Part shown: in pieces, positions 63,561 through 64,000 of the stretch
Numbering within the stretch: the first letter of the stretch is position 1
Layout: each line of letters opens with the position of its first letter
NCBI GenBank assembly: GCA_964247055.1
Contig: OZ176051.1
Coordinates: forward strand, 12,586,001-12,650,000
Length of the DNA: 64,000 nucleotides
Origin: Paragordius varius
Taxonomy: Eukaryota; Animalia; Nematomorpha
Direction: 5' to 3'
Made by a program: the position numbers and the translations under genes
Notes under the pieces: generated by a model
Told to the model about the DNA's origin: nothing
Databases searched by the model: none
What the model saw: the letters and a program-made list of their open reading frames with translations, nothing else

Positions 63561-64000
63561 ACTCGTAAAATTAAAACCAAGAGCACCATGATAATCCTAA
63601 TATTTTCCTATCAGAATATGTATATTTCATCAGGATTTTTTGTGGAAACTATATTTAGAAAAAGGGATTTATTATATCTTAAAGCGTTATACCGTTTCCA
63701 TCATGCTTCAAAATCGTTATAAATACGCTTCAACAAAATATCTCAAATTTGTTTACAAAAAAATAAGAAAACTGGTACAATTAAAGTTTAGGAAAACATT
63801 AAAAAATATTATACCTCCCACCTAAGTGTAGAAAACGTAAAAAACTCTTAATTTTTTTAATACGAAAAAAAGGTATCACTAAATCATATGCCATATATAA
63901 TAAATTCTAAAATATATTTAACGGGAATAATAATTTTCTATATAATTTTCCGTTTGATAATTAACACTTGTATACAACATATTCATTTTGGTCGTTCGAT

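Overview
AT-rich eukaryotic (probably invertebrate animal; taxon not determinable here) genomic DNA dominated by transposable elements. The host backbone is a ~13 kb tandem segmental duplication (two full units plus a partial third; boundaries near 11168, 38964, 58240, 60905). It carries two intronless orphan 7TM-receptor-like genes arranged tail-to-tail, and only one of five gene copies is intact. The units gained different insertions, so paralogous empty sites show most insertion points: hAT elements (Buster/SPIN-type and Blackjack-type), a DD34E Tc1/IS630-like element, RTE-clade LINEs and Ty3/gypsy LTR elements. The standout is a very young Ty3/gypsy element at 17423-21260 (minus strand; LTRs identical apart from one 5-bp indel; perfect ACAGG target-site duplication). 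In it, gag, protease and the N-terminal half of RT are replaced by an intronless, open 262-codon Argonaute fragment (L1/DUF1785-PAZ-L2). The fragment starts at an ATG overlapping the primer-binding site, while RNase H and integrase remain intact. The element sits inside a full-length RTE LINE, which sits inside a hAT element. Also notable: a Blackjack subfamily carrying an internal inverted copy of its own transposase (3 copies), a probable gene-conversion tract over one 7TM gene, and a ~2.6 kb imperfect palindrome. All alignments and counts were done by eye.
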